Positions 9,968 through 18,929 of a stretch of DNA of 64,000 nucleotides are shown here, one piece after another. Location: contig JASGHJ010000001.1 of the NCBI GenBank assembly GCA_047602405.1, positions 1,181,228 through 1,245,227 of the forward strand, read 5' to 3'. This DNA comes from Anaeromyxobacteraceae bacterium. GTDB lineage: Bacteria > Myxococcota > Myxococcia > Myxococcales > Anaeromyxobacteraceae. The position numbers were made by a program, and so were the translations under genes. Below the pieces are notes generated by a model that searched no databases, was not told the origin of the DNA, and was given only the letters and a program-made list of their open reading frames with translations. Position 1 is the stretch's first letter; every line of letters starts with the position of its first letter.

Positions 9968-12799
9968 ATGACCCGCCTCGCCCGCGCCACCGCCGCCCTC
10001 TCCCTCCTCGCCCTCGCCGCGTGTGGGTCGTCCTCGTCCGGCACCGGCCACCGCATCGGCGACGAGACCTTCGTCTCCTCGCCCCCGGGCGGCGGCAGCC
10101 GCGACGGGCCGGTCGGCGCCGGGGACGGCGCGGCCGGATCGCCGAGCGCGTCGCCGGCGCCGCCGACGACCGACGGGAAGGGCACCGCGGCGGCCGACCG
10201 CGCCATCGAGGAGTCGGACCTCTACGCGCGGAGCGGCGCGACGCTGCTCGTCCAGAACATGTGGCGCGGCCTGCAGCTCGTCGACCTCGCGGATCCGTCG
10301 CACCCGAGGCTCACCGGGCGGCTCCCGCTCCGCGGCACGCCCGCGGGCCTCTACCTCCGCGGCACGACCGCCATCGTCCTCGCGCGCGATCACCTCGCCT
10401 GGTCGCTCGTCGACGACGTGGCGGTGCCGGAGGTGACCTCGCTCCTCTGGACCGTCGACGTCTCGAACCCCGCCGCGCCGAAGATCCTCTCCGAGACCCG
10501 GCTCGACGGGCAGGTGCAGGACTCGCGCCTCGTCGGCGACGCGCTCTACCTCTTCACCGGCGGCCTCTCGTGGTGGGGCATCGGCCCGGTCGCGGCCGCC
10601 GCGCGCGCGCCCGGCGGCGCGGGGGCGGCGGACGTCGCGCCGGCGTCGGGTGACTACGGCGTCTCGTCCTACGACCTCTCCGACCTCGCCGCGCCCAGGA
10701 AGGTGGACGCGATCGACTTCCCGACCGCGGCGTGGGGCTGGGACCTGCACGCGCACGTGGCCGACGGGCGGATCACCATCGCCGCGCCCGGCTGGGACAC
10801 GGTCGGGCCGCGCACGAAGCTCGTCGCCGTCGACGCGAGCGATCCCGCCGGCACGCTCGCGCTCGGCGCCGCCGTCACGCTGCGCGGCACCGTGCAGGAC
10901 CGCTGGGCGATGGACCTCGACGCCGCGGGCGGCACGTTCCGGGTGGTCACCGCCGACGGGTGGAACCTCGGCGCGACGCTCACGGTCCTGAAGTGGGCCA
11001 CGCCCGGCACGGTCGCGCCGCTCTCGCACCTCCACGTCGACGTCCCCGAGACGCTCACCGCGGCGGCCTTCGAGGGCGCGCGCGGCTACCTCGTCACCTC
11101 CGTGCGCGTCGACCCGCTCTGGGTGGTCGACCTCTCCGACCCGGCGAAGCCCGCGGTCACCGGCGAGCTCGCGATGCCCGGGCAGCTCGACTTCCTGCGC
11201 CCGCGCGGCGACCGCCTGCTCGCGCTCGGCCACACCGCCGAGGCCGGCAAGGCCTTCCAGCTCCACGTCTCGCTCCTCGACGTCGCCGACCCCGCGAAGC
11301 CCGCGCTCCTCGTGCGCCGCACGTTCGGGCCGGACTGGGGCTGGGTGCCCGCCTCCGCCGACGACCTGCACAAGGCGTTCGTCGTCGCCGGCGACCTCGT
11401 GATCGTGCCGTTCGAGGGCTGGGACCAGGCGGCCGGCGGCTGGGCCGGCGGCACGCAGCTCCTCACGCTCCAGGGCGACGCCCTCACCCTCGGCGGCTTC
11501 GTCGCGCACGCGGGCGACATCCAGCGCGCGTTCCCGTTCGGCGCGCAGGCGCCCGGCGTCCTCGCCGCGTTCTCGAACGCGAAGCTGCAGACGCTCGACG
11601 CGACCGACCGCGCGAAGCCCGTCGAGCTCGCCTCGATCGACCTCGCGCGCGAGGTGACCTCCGTCGCGGTCGTCGGCGGCGCCGCGGCCGAGCTGAGCGG
11701 CGAGGCCTGGCGCGGCACGGGCGAGCTCGTCGTGGCGCCGGCCGCCGACCCCGACGCGCCGGTGCCCACCGCGAGGTTCGCGGTCGACTCCGCGTGGGGG
11801 AGGCTTTTCCGCGACGGCACGGTCGTGTGGACGTTCGGCAACGACTGGCGGACCGGCACCACGGTGCTCGAGGGTTTCGACCTCGCGGACGCGGCGAAGC
11901 CGGTGCGCCGCGGGAAGCTCACGGTGCCCGCGCCGGCCTCGGGCGGCTGGTGGTGGGTCGGCGACGCCGTGAAGGTGGGCCGCGCGCTCGTCGCGACCCA
12001 GTCGACCTGGACCTGCGAGGCCGTCAAGGGCTGCGAGTCGCACACCCAGCTCCTCGTGCTCGGCCTCGCGAACCCGGACGCGCCCGCGGTGGTCGCGACC
12101 GTCGAGCTGCCCTCGAAGGCGTGGACGGGCGCGCTGCGCGCCGTCGGCACCGACCTCTGGTACACGCAGTACGCCTGGGAGGGCGACAGCGCGGTCCGCT
12201 ACTTCGTCGGGAAGATCGGGCTCGCGAACCCGGCGAAGCCGGTGCAGGGCGCGCCGGTGAACGTGCCGGGCGAGTTCTACTCGGCCTCCGACGACGGCGG
12301 CACGATCTACACGACCGAGATCGAGTGGCCCGCGGCGCCGTTCGCGGGCGCGACCCAGCCGCGGACGCGCTTCCACACGCTCGCGCTGACCTCGCGGGGC
12401 ACGGCCCGGCTCGTCGGCACCGTCGAGGCCGGTGGGTACTTCTGGGGCGCGGTGCGGTCCGGGCCGCGCGCGTTCGCGGCGGGGACGGTCTGGTCCGGCT
12501 CCGGCGCTTCCACCACCTCGCGCGGCGCGGTCGTCACGGTGGACCTCGAGCGCCTGCGGGTCGCGAACGTGCTCGGCACCGACGCCTCGTGGCCGCAGGT
12601 CCTCGCGGCCGAGGGCGGGAAGCTCTTCGTCGCGGAGTACTGGCCGCTCGCGGCGATCGAGGTGTACGGCCTCGGCACCGGGAAGCCCGTGTTCGAGCAG
12701 GCGGTGCCCACGTTCGGCTGGATTTGGCAGGTGGTCGTGGAGGGCGGCGTCGCCTACCTCCCGTCGGGACCGTACGGCGTGGTGCGGATCCCGCTGTAG
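9968..12799 (+). CDS. Beta-propeller domain lipoprotein
   Basis: Lipobox LAACG; IEESDLY, RVDPLWVVDLSDP, GELAMPG, VSLLDVADP motifs typical of the secreted beta-propeller family. Confidence 0.8.
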   Translation: MTRLARATAALSLLALAACGSSSSGTGHRIGDETFVSSPPGGGSRDGPVGAGDGAAGSPSASPAPPTTDGKGTAAADRAIEESDLYARSGATLLVQNMWRGLQLVDLADPSHPRLTGRLPLRGTPAGLYLRGTTAIVLARDHLAWSLVDDVAVPEVTSLLWTVDVSNPAAPKILSETRLDGQVQDSRLVGDALYLFTGGLSWWGIGPVAAAARAPGGAGAADVAPASGDYGVSSYDLSDLAAPRKVDAIDFPTAAWGWDLHAHVADGRITIAAPGWDTVGPRTKLVAVDASDPAGTLALGAAVTLRGTVQDRWAMDLDAAGGTFRVVTADGWNLGATLTVLKWATPGTVAPLSHLHVDVPETLTAAAFEGARGYLVTSVRVDPLWVVDLSDPAKPAVTGELAMPGQLDFLRPRGDRLLALGHTAEAGKAFQLHVSLLDVADPAKPALLVRRTFGPDWGWVPASADDLHKAFVVAGDLVIVPFEGWDQAAGGWAGGTQLLTLQGDALTLGGFVAHAGDIQRAFPFGAQAPGVLAAFSNAKLQTLDATDRAKPVELASIDLAREVTSVAVVGGAAAELSGEAWRGTGELVVAPAADPDAPVPTARFAVDSAWGRLFRDGTVVWTFGNDWRTGTTVLEGFDLADAAKPVRRGKLTVPAPASGGWWWVGDAVKVGRALVATQSTWTCEAVKGCESHTQLLVLGLANPDAPAVVATVELPSKAWTGALRAVGTDLWYTQYAWEGDSAVRYFVGKIGLANPAKPVQGAPVNVPGEFYSASDDGGTIYTTEIEWPAAPFAGATQPRTRFHTLALTSRGTARLVGTVEAGGYFWGAVRSGPRAFAAGTVWSGSGASTTSRGAVVTVDLERLRVANVLGTDASWPQVLAAEGGKLFVAEYWPLAAIEVYGLGTGKPVFEQAVPTFGWIWQVVVEGGVAYLPSGPYGVVRIPL

Positions 12800-12850
12800 G
12801 CCGGGCATTCGGCAGTCGCACCGGAGGGCGGACGGGGCTAGAAGGGGGGC

Positions 12851-13699
12851 ATGCGCACCGCCCCCATCCGCCTCGCCGCCGCCGCCCTCGCCCTCGCCGC
12901 CCTGGCCGGGTGCGCGGGCCTGAAGGACCTCGCCGCCGCCGCGTTCACGAAGCCGAAGCTCGACTTCAAGGGCGCCGTCGTCGAGGGGCTCGACCTCGAG
13001 GGCGCGACCATCGGCCTGCAGGTCGACCTCACGAACCCGAACGGCTTCGGCCTCGACGTCGCGCGCGTCGGCTGGTCGCTCGACGCCGAGAACACCCGCG
13101 TCGCGACCGGCGACATGCCCGGCGGGCTCACCATCCCCGCGAAGGGCACCGCGCCGCTCACCATCCCCGTGCGCCTGCGCTGGAAGGACGTGCCGGGCAT
13201 CGTGAACCTCTTCGGCTCCCGGCACGCCGATGGGCTCGGCTACAAGGCCGCGGCGACCGTGGGCGTGAACACGCCGATCGGCGTCGTCGAGCTGCCCGTG
13301 TCGCACGCGGGCACCGTGAAGCTCCCGTCGCTGCCGGCGTTCTCCATCCAGGGCGTCTCCGTGAAGGGCGTCTCGCTCTCCGACGTGACCTTCGACGTGA
13401 AGGTCGGCGTGAAGAACCCGAACATGTTCTCGATCCCGGCCGGGAAGCTCGGCTGGTCGCTCGCGCTCGGCGGCGGCGCCCCGGTCGCGCGCGCCGAGAA
13501 CGCGCCGCTCAAGGGCGTGGCCGCGGGCCAGACGGGGACCATCGACATCCCGCTCAAGCTCGACTTCCGTTCGGCGGGGCGCGCGGCGATGGACGTCGCG
13601 AAGGGCGGCGACGTGCGCGTGCAGATGAAGGGGACGGCCGACGTCGCGGGGCTGCCGATCCCGCTCGACCTCGACACGACGGTGCCCGCGCGGAGGTAG
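12851..13699 (+). CDS. LEA type 2 (WHy) tandem-domain lipoprotein
   Basis: Lipobox LAGC; two NPN motifs (LTNPNGF, VKNPNMF) in beta-rich repeats. Confidence 0.85.
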   Translation: MRTAPIRLAAAALALAALAGCAGLKDLAAAAFTKPKLDFKGAVVEGLDLEGATIGLQVDLTNPNGFGLDVARVGWSLDAENTRVATGDMPGGLTIPAKGTAPLTIPVRLRWKDVPGIVNLFGSRHADGLGYKAAATVGVNTPIGVVELPVSHAGTVKLPSLPAFSIQGVSVKGVSLSDVTFDVKVGVKNPNMFSIPAGKLGWSLALGGGAPVARAENAPLKGVAAGQTGTIDIPLKLDFRSAGRAAMDVAKGGDVRVQMKGTADVAGLPIPLDLDTTVPARR

Positions 13700-13729
13700 G
13701 CGCGGCGCGCGGCGCGCCGGCGAGCGCGC

Positions 13730-13770
13730 AAAAAAAAAGCGCCCGCGCGGGAATGGGAGCCGCGGGGCGC
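13730..13770 (-). terminator. Rho-independent terminator on the minus strand with no minus-strand CDS upstream
   Basis: Minus strand GCGCCC-C-GCGG-loop-CCGC-GC-GGGCGC followed by T9. Confidence 0.6.
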
Positions 13771-13937
13771 CTTGAGGCCGGCGAGGGAGGGGGGGTGCCG
13801 ACCCTGGTTCGAACGTATTCGGCGGGCGGCGCAGCGGCAACTCGGTAGCGGGGTATCCAGTCGGCCCGTTGGGGCCCGCCCATGGTGGGGTAACGAAGCA
13901 ATATCGGGGCAAACCCGAGGACTCGGCAGGCACTTCG

Positions 13938-15257
13938 ATGGCTGACGCGGTGAGCGACGATCTCCTCTCGGCGGACGAGCTCCGCCACGCGTGGCCCGCC
14001 CTGTCGATGGAGGAGCGGCTCGAGGGTTTCCACGGCCTCGTGCGCGGCGACGCGGACGACTTCTTCCTCGACCTCACCGCCGCGGACCAGGCGGAGCTCC
14101 TCGTGGCGCTGCCGCAGGAGGAGCGGCGGCTCTGGATCCGGCTGCTGGCGCCGGACGACGCCGTCGACGTCGTGCAGGGGCTGCCCGAGGTGGAGCGCCC
14201 GCGCTTCATGGAGCAGCTCGATCCGGTCTCGCGCCGCGAGGTGAGCGCGCTGCTCGCGTACGCCGAGGACGCGGCCGGCGGCCTCATGAGCCCGCGCTTC
14301 GCGCGGATGCGGCCGGAGATGACCGCCGACGAGGCGATCCGCTACCTGCGCCGCCAGGCGCGCGAGCAGGCGGAGACCATCTACTACGCCTACGTGCTCG
14401 ACCCCGACCAGCGGCTCATCGGCGTCGTCTCGTTCCGGGACCTCCTCACCGCGACGCCGGAGGCCCGCGTCGACGGCCTCATGAAGCGCGACGTCGTGAG
14501 CGTGCCGGACACGCTCGACCAGGAGGCGGTGGCGCGCCTCATGGCGAGGGAGGACGTGAACGCGCTGCCGGTGGTCGACGGCGAGGGGCGGATGCAGGGC
14601 ATCGTGACCGTCGACGACGTGGTCGACGTCGTCCAGCAGGAGGCCACCGAGGACATCCAGAAGCTGGGCGGCATGGAGGCCCTCGACGCGCCGTACCTCG
14701 CGACCGGCTTCCTCGAGATGGTGAAGAAGCGCGCCGGCTGGCTCGCGGTGCTCTTCGTGTCGGAGATGCTCACCGCGACCGCGATGAGCGGCTTCGAGGA
14801 GGAGATCGCGAAGGCGGTGGTGCTCGCGGTGTTCGTCCCGCTCATCATCTCGTCGGGCGGCAACTCCGGCTCCCAGGCCTCCACGCTCGTCATCCGCGCG
14901 ATGGCGCTCGGCGAGATCACGCTCGGTGACGCGCTGCGGGTGGCGCGCCGGGAGCTCGTCACCGGCCTCTCCCTCGGGGCGATCCTGGCCACCATCGGCG
15001 TGGTGCGGATCTTCATCTGGCAGGGGCTCTTCAACTCCTACGGCCCCATCACGCCGCTCCTCGCCGCGACGGTGGGCCTGTCGGTCGTCGGGTGCGTGAG
15101 CTGGGGCACGTTCGCGGGCGCGCTGATGCCGCTCGCGATCCGCCGGATGGGCTTCGATCCGGCGAGCGCGTCGGCGCCGTTCATCGCGACGCTCGTCGAC
15201 GTATCGGGCGTGGTGATCTACTTCACCACCGCGAGGATGATCCTGGGCATCTCCTAG
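13938..15257 (+). CDS. mgtE: Magnesium transporter MgtE
   Basis: EDAAGGLM, CBS pair, GIVTVDD, EATEDI, SSGGNSGSQ, DPASASAPFIATLVDV. Confidence 0.95.
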   Translation: MADAVSDDLLSADELRHAWPALSMEERLEGFHGLVRGDADDFFLDLTAADQAELLVALPQEERRLWIRLLAPDDAVDVVQGLPEVERPRFMEQLDPVSRREVSALLAYAEDAAGGLMSPRFARMRPEMTADEAIRYLRRQAREQAETIYYAYVLDPDQRLIGVVSFRDLLTATPEARVDGLMKRDVVSVPDTLDQEAVARLMAREDVNALPVVDGEGRMQGIVTVDDVVDVVQQEATEDIQKLGGMEALDAPYLATGFLEMVKKRAGWLAVLFVSEMLTATAMSGFEEEIAKAVVLAVFVPLIISSGGNSGSQASTLVIRAMALGEITLGDALRVARRELVTGLSLGAILATIGVVRIFIWQGLFNSYGPITPLLAATVGLSVVGCVSWGTFAGALMPLAIRRMGFDPASASAPFIATLVDVSGVVIYFTTARMILGIS

Positions 15258-15388
15258 AGCGGATCGTGCGCGGATCGGGGGCTGCCCGGAGTCCGGCTTG
15301 GTACGCACCTGCGTCCCACGGTCACACTGCTCGCGGACCGGCGGTGCGTGCGGCATGTTGGCGCCGTCACCCCCTGGAGAGCGCGTCC

Positions 15389-15868
15389 TTGGATCCGAAG
15401 CCGGGCCACCCGCCGCACGACCTGCAGCAGCTCGAGGTCGAGCACCGCCAGATCGGCCGCCGCGTCGAGCGGCTGCAGGCCGCGCTCGCCGCGGGCAGCG
15501 TCGCCGACGTCCGCGCGGGCCTGCAGTTCCTGGAGCGCTACCTCGTGGAGCACTTCGCTCACGAGGAGGCCTGGATGGAGGAGCGCGGCTACCCCGGCGC
15601 GCTCGAGCACGCCCGCCAGCACGCGTCGCTCCTCGCGACGCTCGGCGACGCGCGCCGCGCCCTCGAGCTCATCGGCTCGGCCGTCCGCGCCGTGCACACC
15701 ATCGCGGCGGCCCTCGACCGGCACCTCGCCGTCGACGACGCGAAGCTCCAGCGCTTCCACCAGGCCCGCGAGAGCCTGCGGAGGCTCGCCGGTCTGGAGC
15801 GCCGCGAGCGCCGCACGCCGCCGCCGGTCCGGCCCGCGCGCGAGCGGATGACGCCCATCCCGCGGTAG
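15389..15868 (+). CDS. Hemerythrin-domain protein
   Basis: EHRQI, HFAHEE, HARQH, HLAVDD iron-ligand pattern; TTG start behind GGAGA. Confidence 0.75.
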   Translation: MDPKPGHPPHDLQQLEVEHRQIGRRVERLQAALAAGSVADVRAGLQFLERYLVEHFAHEEAWMEERGYPGALEHARQHASLLATLGDARRALELIGSAVRAVHTIAAALDRHLAVDDAKLQRFHQARESLRRLAGLERRERRTPPPVRPARERMTPIPR

Positions 15869-15977
15869 CGCGGCGCGATCCGGGGGCGCGACGAAGTCGC
15901 CCCCCGCAGCCCGGCCGGATCGTGTTATCCGGGGATCTCACGCATCGTGCGGGTGCCGTTGCCCCGGGGGGGTCCAC

Positions 15978-17408
15978 GTGAAGCGCCTCCACGCCATCCT
16001 GCTGCCCATCGCCTGCGCGGCGACGCTCGGGTGTGCGCCGCGCTCGCGCGGCGACGCGCCCGCCGCGGAGGAGGCCCCGGCGGCGCCGCCGTCCCGGGCG
16101 AGCAGCCGCCCGCGTCCGGTCGCGAGCTACGACGTGACGATCCTGCCGCCCGAGCGCGGTCCCGGTGGCACGCGCGTGCCGGGGCGCGCGGTGTTCACGA
16201 TCCTCCCCGAGGGTCGCGACGGGCACCCCGGGACCAACCCGCCCCGCACCGTCGAGCTCAAGGGCGGGCCTTTCGTGTGGGGCTACACGGACGCGTGCTT
16301 CACGTCCGGGATCTCGACGCCCGTCACCGTCACCAACTTCCTGCCCGAGCGGCTCGCCGACGTGCACGTCGCCTTCACCATCGACGACTCGGAGCACCCG
16401 CTCTGCGGGGCTCAGGCGCAGCCGACGGGCGGCGAACCGCCGCTGCCGAAGACCACCGTCGTGTTCCAGCCGCCTCCCGCCGGCGCCGGGCCGAGCGGCT
16501 ACCTCCAGTACGTCCTGCCCGACCAGTATCCGAAGCGCGTGCTCGCGGGCTCGCCCGTCGACGACGGCTCGGCCCCCGGCGGCGCTGCGACCGTGGACTG
16601 GGCGTTCGTGTACCTCGTCGAGGAGGCGCCCCCCTTCCACCTCCGGGCGGACCTCTGGGCGGATCCGTACCCGGCGGCGCCCATCGCGCTCCCCTTCCCG
16701 GTCGTCGAGCCGGGTGAGCCGGTCGTCCTCCAGATCCTCGACGTGGCGGACCAGGTCATGGGTCCCCTGCCGGCGCGGGTCACCCAGGTGGACGTCCGCG
16801 TCTGCGACGCGCCCTTCGCCGCCGACGGGACCTGCAGCGGCGCCGAGCTCCAGGTGCCCACCTTCGTCTGGGGGACCTACGAGTACCGGGTCGAGGTGCT
16901 GACCCACATCCCCGACGCCGTCGTCCCGGGCCGCACCTACCACTACCGCGCCGTCGGGATGTGGGACGCCGACGGGAACGCGGCGACGCCGCCGGTGCGC
17001 GGCTCGTTCCCGCTCGCGACCACCTTCGTGGCGATGGGGGTCCCCACGGTGGGGACCTACCCGCTCCCGACGCCGCCCGACGCGTTCGTGTGGACGGTGG
17101 AGGGCGCGCAGGTCACCGCGCCGGATGGCCGGCAGGTGCTCCGGATCTGCACGGCGCAGGACTGCCGGTTCGACCCTCCGCCGGCGACGATCGTCTACGC
17201 GACCTCCACCTTCACGGCGGTCGAGACGCCGCCCGGCTCGGGGACGTGGCGCTACGAGGCGGACGCCGCGGAGATCCAGGCCGCGCTGCAGGCCTCGGTG
17301 TCGAACGGCCCCTTCTACCTCGCGGTGCGGAACCTCCGCCCGCTGAGCGAGGGCGCGTGGCGGCAGGCCGACGCGCCCTTCTACTACTACTGGCCCCTCT
17401 CGCCATGA
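15978..17408 (+). CDS. Hypothetical Pro-rich lipoprotein
   Basis: Lipobox TLGC; GC3-biased frame; no family recognised. Confidence 0.65.
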   Translation: MKRLHAILLPIACAATLGCAPRSRGDAPAAEEAPAAPPSRASSRPRPVASYDVTILPPERGPGGTRVPGRAVFTILPEGRDGHPGTNPPRTVELKGGPFVWGYTDACFTSGISTPVTVTNFLPERLADVHVAFTIDDSEHPLCGAQAQPTGGEPPLPKTTVVFQPPPAGAGPSGYLQYVLPDQYPKRVLAGSPVDDGSAPGGAATVDWAFVYLVEEAPPFHLRADLWADPYPAAPIALPFPVVEPGEPVVLQILDVADQVMGPLPARVTQVDVRVCDAPFAADGTCSGAELQVPTFVWGTYEYRVEVLTHIPDAVVPGRTYHYRAVGMWDADGNAATPPVRGSFPLATTFVAMGVPTVGTYPLPTPPDAFVWTVEGAQVTAPDGRQVLRICTAQDCRFDPPPATIVYATSTFTAVETPPGSGTWRYEADAAEIQAALQASVSNGPFYLAVRNLRPLSEGAWRQADAPFYYYWPLSP

Positions 17409-18328
17409 GGGGCGGCGCGGCGAGCCTGGCGATCGGCCTCCTCCTCTCGTCCTGCGCGGGCGAGGCCACCACCGCCCCCGCGGGTCCGTGCGGCGAGCCC
17501 GGCGCCGGCTGGCTCGCCTACACCACGCGCCGGGCGGGCCAGTTCGACGTCCGGCTCGTGCGGGAGGACGGTGCGTGCGACCGCGCCCTCGCGGAGAGCC
17601 CGGCCGAGGAGCTCGACGGCTCCCTGTCCGCGGCGGGCCGCGTGGCGGTGCACTGGGTGTGGCGGGAGGGACGAGGGCGGCTCGCCGTCACCGACCTCGA
17701 GAAGGGCGCGGTCCGCGAGCTCGACACCGGCGCGCTCGTCGTCGCGAACCCGGCGGTGAGCCCGGACGGGCGAGAGGTCGCGTACGAGGGCGCGCTGCCG
17801 CCCGCCGGGCCCGAGCTCCACGTCCGCTCGCTCGCCGACGGGACGGATCGCGTCGTCGCGCCGGATCCTGCGGCCGACGTCGCGCCCGCCTGGACCGAGG
17901 GCGGTTCGGCCCTCGTGTTCGGCTCCATGCGCGGGGGCAGCTACCAGCTGTGGCGCGTCCGGCTCGACGGCTCCGCGCCGGTGCGGCTCACCGACGACGC
18001 GCGCGCGGCCCTGCGCTGCGGGGACGCCGCCTGCCCGGTCAACGGCCGTCCGGCGCCGCGGCCCGACGGGACCGCCGTCGCCTTCGCGCGGGCCTCCGGG
18101 ACCGGCGCGAGCGTGGTGGTGCTCGAGCTCGGGACCGGGGTGGAGCGCCTCCTCGCCGACGCGCTGGACGCGGAGCCGTCCTTCAGCGCCGACGGGCGGC
18201 GCCTCGCGGTCATGAACCTCGACCTCGGCGACCCCGAGGTGCTGATCCGCGACGCGGCGACGGGCGCCGTGGTGCGCCGGCTCACGGCCTCGCCGGGCGT
18301 GGACGGCGCGCCGGCCTACGCCCGCTGA
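17405..18328 (+). CDS. TolB-like (PD40) beta-propeller lipoprotein
   Basis: ATGA overlap; lipobox LSSC; PAVSPDG, PAWTEGG, PRPDG, PSFSADG repeats. Confidence 0.8.
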   Translation: MRGGAASLAIGLLLSSCAGEATTAPAGPCGEPGAGWLAYTTRRAGQFDVRLVREDGACDRALAESPAEELDGSLSAAGRVAVHWVWREGRGRLAVTDLEKGAVRELDTGALVVANPAVSPDGREVAYEGALPPAGPELHVRSLADGTDRVVAPDPAADVAPAWTEGGSALVFGSMRGGSYQLWRVRLDGSAPVRLTDDARAALRCGDAACPVNGRPAPRPDGTAVAFARASGTGASVVVLELGTGVERLLADALDAEPSFSADGRRLAVMNLDLGDPEVLIRDAATGAVVRRLTASPGVDGAPAYAR

Positions 18329-18374
18329 AGGTTCACCTTCGGGGCCGGCGACCGCGGCGCGGTGGAGGCAGGGC

Positions 18375-18755
18375 CTACTTCACCGTCGCGAGGAAGTCCT
18401 TCGCCTGCTCCACGGTCGCGAACACGTGGAACTCGCGGCCGGTGAGGACCTTCACGGCGGTGAAGATCATCCGGTGGAGCGGGCCGAGCCCGGTCACGCA
18501 GGCCGCCTTCACGTGCGGGCGGTTGGCCTCCACGAACGTGCGGAGCTTGTCGACGAGGCGCCGGTCGAGCGTCGCACCCTCGACGTGGGTGATCGTCATC
18601 ACCGAGGCAGGGGGCTGCGAGCGGATCTCGGGGCCCGCGAGGTCCGCGAGCGCCAGGATCTGCTCGAAGTCCAGGTGGGACGCGTCGATCAGGAACATGC
18701 GCTTACCCTTGTGATCGACGAAGCGCGCGCGTCCGCGGAGGGCTGGATCCGTCAT
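18375..18755 (-). CDS. Small STAS/SEC14 (SpoIIAA-like) domain protein
   Basis: Alpha/beta pattern ending HVFATVEQAKDFL, typical of this family. Confidence 0.6.
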   Translation of the reverse strand: MTDPALRGRARFVDHKGKRMFLIDASHLDFEQILALADLAGPEIRSQPPASVMTITHVEGATLDRRLVDKLRTFVEANRPHVKAACVTGLGPLHRMIFTAVKVLTGREFHVFATVEQAKDFLATVK

Positions 18756-18929
18756 GCGGACGCCAAGCTACACGCGTCGGAGGCCGGGATTGAATCGGCG
18801 GACGTCGCGGGGCCCCCAAAGGTAGCCGACGGGACGACTTCACGAAGAGTGAGATCGTCGGCCCGGACCCTGAGGGGTGGGGAGCGAGACGCAAGGTGCG
18901 CGGGGAGGGTCCGGGGTTACGCCTCCCAC

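Noticed and set aside
13790-13850. GGTTCGAAC resembling a tRNA T-loop
   Set aside because: No acceptor, D or anticodon stems can be folded around it
13860-13937. Possible M-box or c-di-GMP-I riboswitch before mgtE (GGGCAAACC present)
   Set aside because: Lacks the downstream GACGCAAA/P2 elements and any ykoK consensus I recognise
18824-18872. Long imperfect hairpin with nearby TGAATC, resembling a c-di-AMP riboswitch
   Set aside because: Remaining ydaO consensus is absent, and the hairpin lies upstream of both apparent -10 boxes
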